Below are positions 63,699 to 64,000 of a stretch of 64,000 nt of DNA, in pieces. Position 1 is the stretch's first letter, and each line of letters opens with the position of its first letter. The notes beneath the pieces are model-generated. The model ran no database searches, was not told where the DNA came from, and was given only the letters and a program-made list of their open reading frames with translations. Origin of the DNA: Gammaproteobacteria bacterium (lineage in GTDB: Bacteria; Pseudomonadota; Gammaproteobacteria; JAJFKG01). A program made the translations under genes and the position numbers. Where the stretch lies: positions 810,503 through 874,502 of the forward strand of contig OZ220716.1 in assembly GCA_965116795.1 (NCBI GenBank), given 5' to 3'.

Positions 63699-64000
63699 AT
63701 GAATATATCAGATACAGCAAATAATACAGCCAACATGGTTACCGATACGGTACCGGTGGTTGAACAGCAAGAACAATCGTTGAAACAACGAGTGCTTGAT
63801 TGTTCACGCGCGGTATTGCAACGGTTTCGTAATGAAATTGATGGGCGTGTTTATGACATCATCTTAGCCGGTATGGAACGCCCTTTATTGCTTGCGATCA
63901 TTGAGGAATGTCGTGGTAATCAAACCAAAGCAGCCGATATGTTAAGTTTAAGTCGTGGCACATTGCGCAAAAAATTGAGAATACGTGGTATTGATCGCCA
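63699..64000 (+). CDS. fis: Fis family DNA-binding protein (stop codon beyond window end)
   Basis: Manual translation from ATG 63699: ...VYDIILAGMERPLL...RGNQTKAADMLSLSRGTLRKKL. Confidence 0.9.
   Translation, partial: MNISDTANNTANMVTDTVPVVEQQEQSLKQRVLDCSRAVLQRFRNEIDGRVYDIILAGMERPLLLAIIEECRGNQTKAADMLSLSRGTLRKKLRIRGIDR

Overview
Core chromosomal segment of an AT-rich gammaproteobacterium. Gene order (rpsF-rpsR-membrane gene-rplI-dnaB-alr without priB), a CIRCE box at groESL, a type 1 idi and ankyrin/TPR genes suggest a Legionellales/Coxiellaceae-like lineage; this is inference. Most of the window is housekeeping: dusA, aroE, trkAH, djlA, ubiH-pepP-ygfB, zapA-6S RNA-ygfA-EVE, fumC, parC, alr-dnaB-rplI-rpsR-rpsF, rlmB-rnr, tRNA-Leu(CAG), purA-hflCKX-hfq-miaA-mutL-amiB-tsaE-nnr, orn, idi/ispA, yggT-proC-yggS/pilT, groESL, dsbD-aroQ-accBC and fis. 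A few orphan genes are interspersed, including a 1041-aa ankyrin protein and an outer-membrane barrel protein. The unusual content is mostly intergenic. At least six families of short non-autonomous palindromic elements occupy most larger spacers, often nested in one another, and no transposase gene is present. They include ERIC homologues, CGTC-type REPs, TIR-bounded MITEs, and a ~140-nt multi-hairpin element found three times in sense orientation upstream of ygfB, parC and fis. One insertion duplicated the dnaB-stop/alr-start overlap and created a bridging 60-codon ORF. Also present are a shared palindromic operator upstream of two orphan genes, a collapsed tandem alr pseudogene, a (GGGTCGA)n G-quadruplex-type repeat upstream of rpsF, and a frameshifted phzF-family gene. 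All calls come from reading the sequence by eye; no searches or folding were run.
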